Shown here: positions 62,626 through 64,000 of the stretch, piece by piece
How positions within the stretch are numbered: position 1 is the stretch's first letter
Layout: each line of letters starts with the position of its first letter
From: Podarcis muralis
Taxonomy: Eukaryota
Reading direction: 5' to 3'
Assembly: GCF_964188315.1 (NCBI RefSeq)
Contig: NC_135656.1
Coordinates: 70,990,001 to 71,054,000, forward strand
DNA length: 64,000 bases
Program-made: the position numbers and the translations under genes
The notes under the pieces: generated by a model
Told to the model about the DNA's origin: nothing
What the model saw: only the letters and a program-made list of their open reading frames with translations
Databases searched by the model: none

Positions 62626-64000
62626 AGCACCATGATTGAACTCAGTAGGACTTACTTCTGAGGAAACTTGCATAGGATTGCACCATAAAGCTTTCAGTTA
62701 GGGTCTTCGTGAGTTCCGAATTGTACTAATTCCCCCCTTCCAAATATTCAATATGTTTAGAACCATGGATTCAGCTATATCTGTTTCCCTTTTGATAGGA
62801 CTATAGACCAAGATCTTCTGAACGATTCTCAAATTCAACATCTTAACAAGATATAGCAGCAGTTAATGTGGGGCAAAATGTAGCCACATGTAAATATTTA
62901 TTTATTATTAATCTCCTCCCATGCATGTCTCAAGGTGATGTACAAAATAAAATCAGGGAGCAAGCTAGTCACATACAGTGACTAGCCTTTAAAGGTCTTA
63001 CTGACTTTCTTTTAACTCAAGTGCTTTCCAGATGTTTCCTTTATCTTTTTAGCTGCCTTTACTTTATCTAAAAGGCACCTTGAGTCCCAGTCAGGGAAAA
63101 ATGTGGAGCCTAAATAAATATATAATAATACTTTTTATCAGTGAAGCTTTCGAAATATATATATTTCCCTACTCTCAGTATACAATCTGAAAAGACACAA
63201 CACAAAAGGAAAAGGGTTGAGGAGGGAAGAATGAAAAGAGGCAAACTTGGGCACCAAATTCTTACTATCACAAGGTTATTATAATAATCAACTTGAATGC
63301 AAACAGGATGCTCATGGTTCAAAAACAGGCCTTGGCATGCCTCTGATAATAGTCTGGTGACCCAAGTTTCTTAGAAGTGGCTGTAATGCATAACTGGAAG
63401 TTGTTTGACCTTACAGGGTGAGGCCTTTACCTTCTGGAAGCTGCAGACATCTTGTCACTCCTGGTGTAGCAGCTAAGACTGTTTGTATAGCTATCTATCC
63501 ATCTATACAAACACACACACACACACACACACTTGAGATCTTGATACCACCAGGTCCAGTAGCTTCATCAGTTGTTTCATAATAGGCTAAACATGTCTTT
63601 CCCCTGCCTCTTGGCAATGACACTCCCCAGCTTGAGCTGGTGCCATGGAATGGGGGCGTGAGGGCAGATGGCTGGAGGAAGAGAAACACAGAATTCATTG
63701 GGCTGAAAGGGAGGGGTTTGAGGAAAGGATGAATTGAGGTGGCTGCAAGAGAGATGGAAGTTAAGAACAGTAGGAGCCAAAGGGGGAGTGGGAGTGGGAG
63801 AAGAGCTGAGTAACAAGCTCCTGTTACAAGCTCCCGGGAATAGGCAAGGAAAGGAGCCAAGGAGTCAGAAGAGACTGATGGGATTGTGTGGTGCCTATTT
63901 AATATTTTGATTTGAGTAAACCAGGTTGGTTGCAAATGTCTAGTTAGTATCTAATTCAGGAGTCAAAAATAGTTGATTCATATCACTTCACAATGAAATG

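Overview
Vertebrate genomic DNA from a squamate reptile, probably a lacertid lizard (inferred from Sauria SINEs, Squam3-like SINEs, CR1/L2 LINE remnants and TA-flanked MITEs). The window holds the complete 17-coding-exon SEMA3B gene on the + strand (ATG 4492 to TGA 35092; 2289 nt, 762 aa; every junction GT-AG and phase-consistent). It also holds the CpG-island promoter and first coding exon of BSN (Bassoon; 59056-59246, + strand) plus the start of BSN intron 1. The most interesting observations are: (1) two phase-consistent chains of short minus-strand exons at 38.9-43.3 kb, which suggest an unrecognised small gene or spliced transcript convergent with SEMA3B; (2) a split, 10-nt-spacer REST/NRSF RE1 element inside the BSN exon-1 coding sequence; (3) a dense TGACAG (MEIS/TGIF-type) cluster in SEMA3B intron 1; (4) several long dsRNA-forming inverted repeats just upstream of the in-frame-skippable SEMA3B exon 3; and (5) a 7SL/Alu-like 34-mer inside a 118-nt intron. 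No prokaryotic features and no CRISPR arrays are present. All family and orthologue assignments are from recalled sequences, not database searches.
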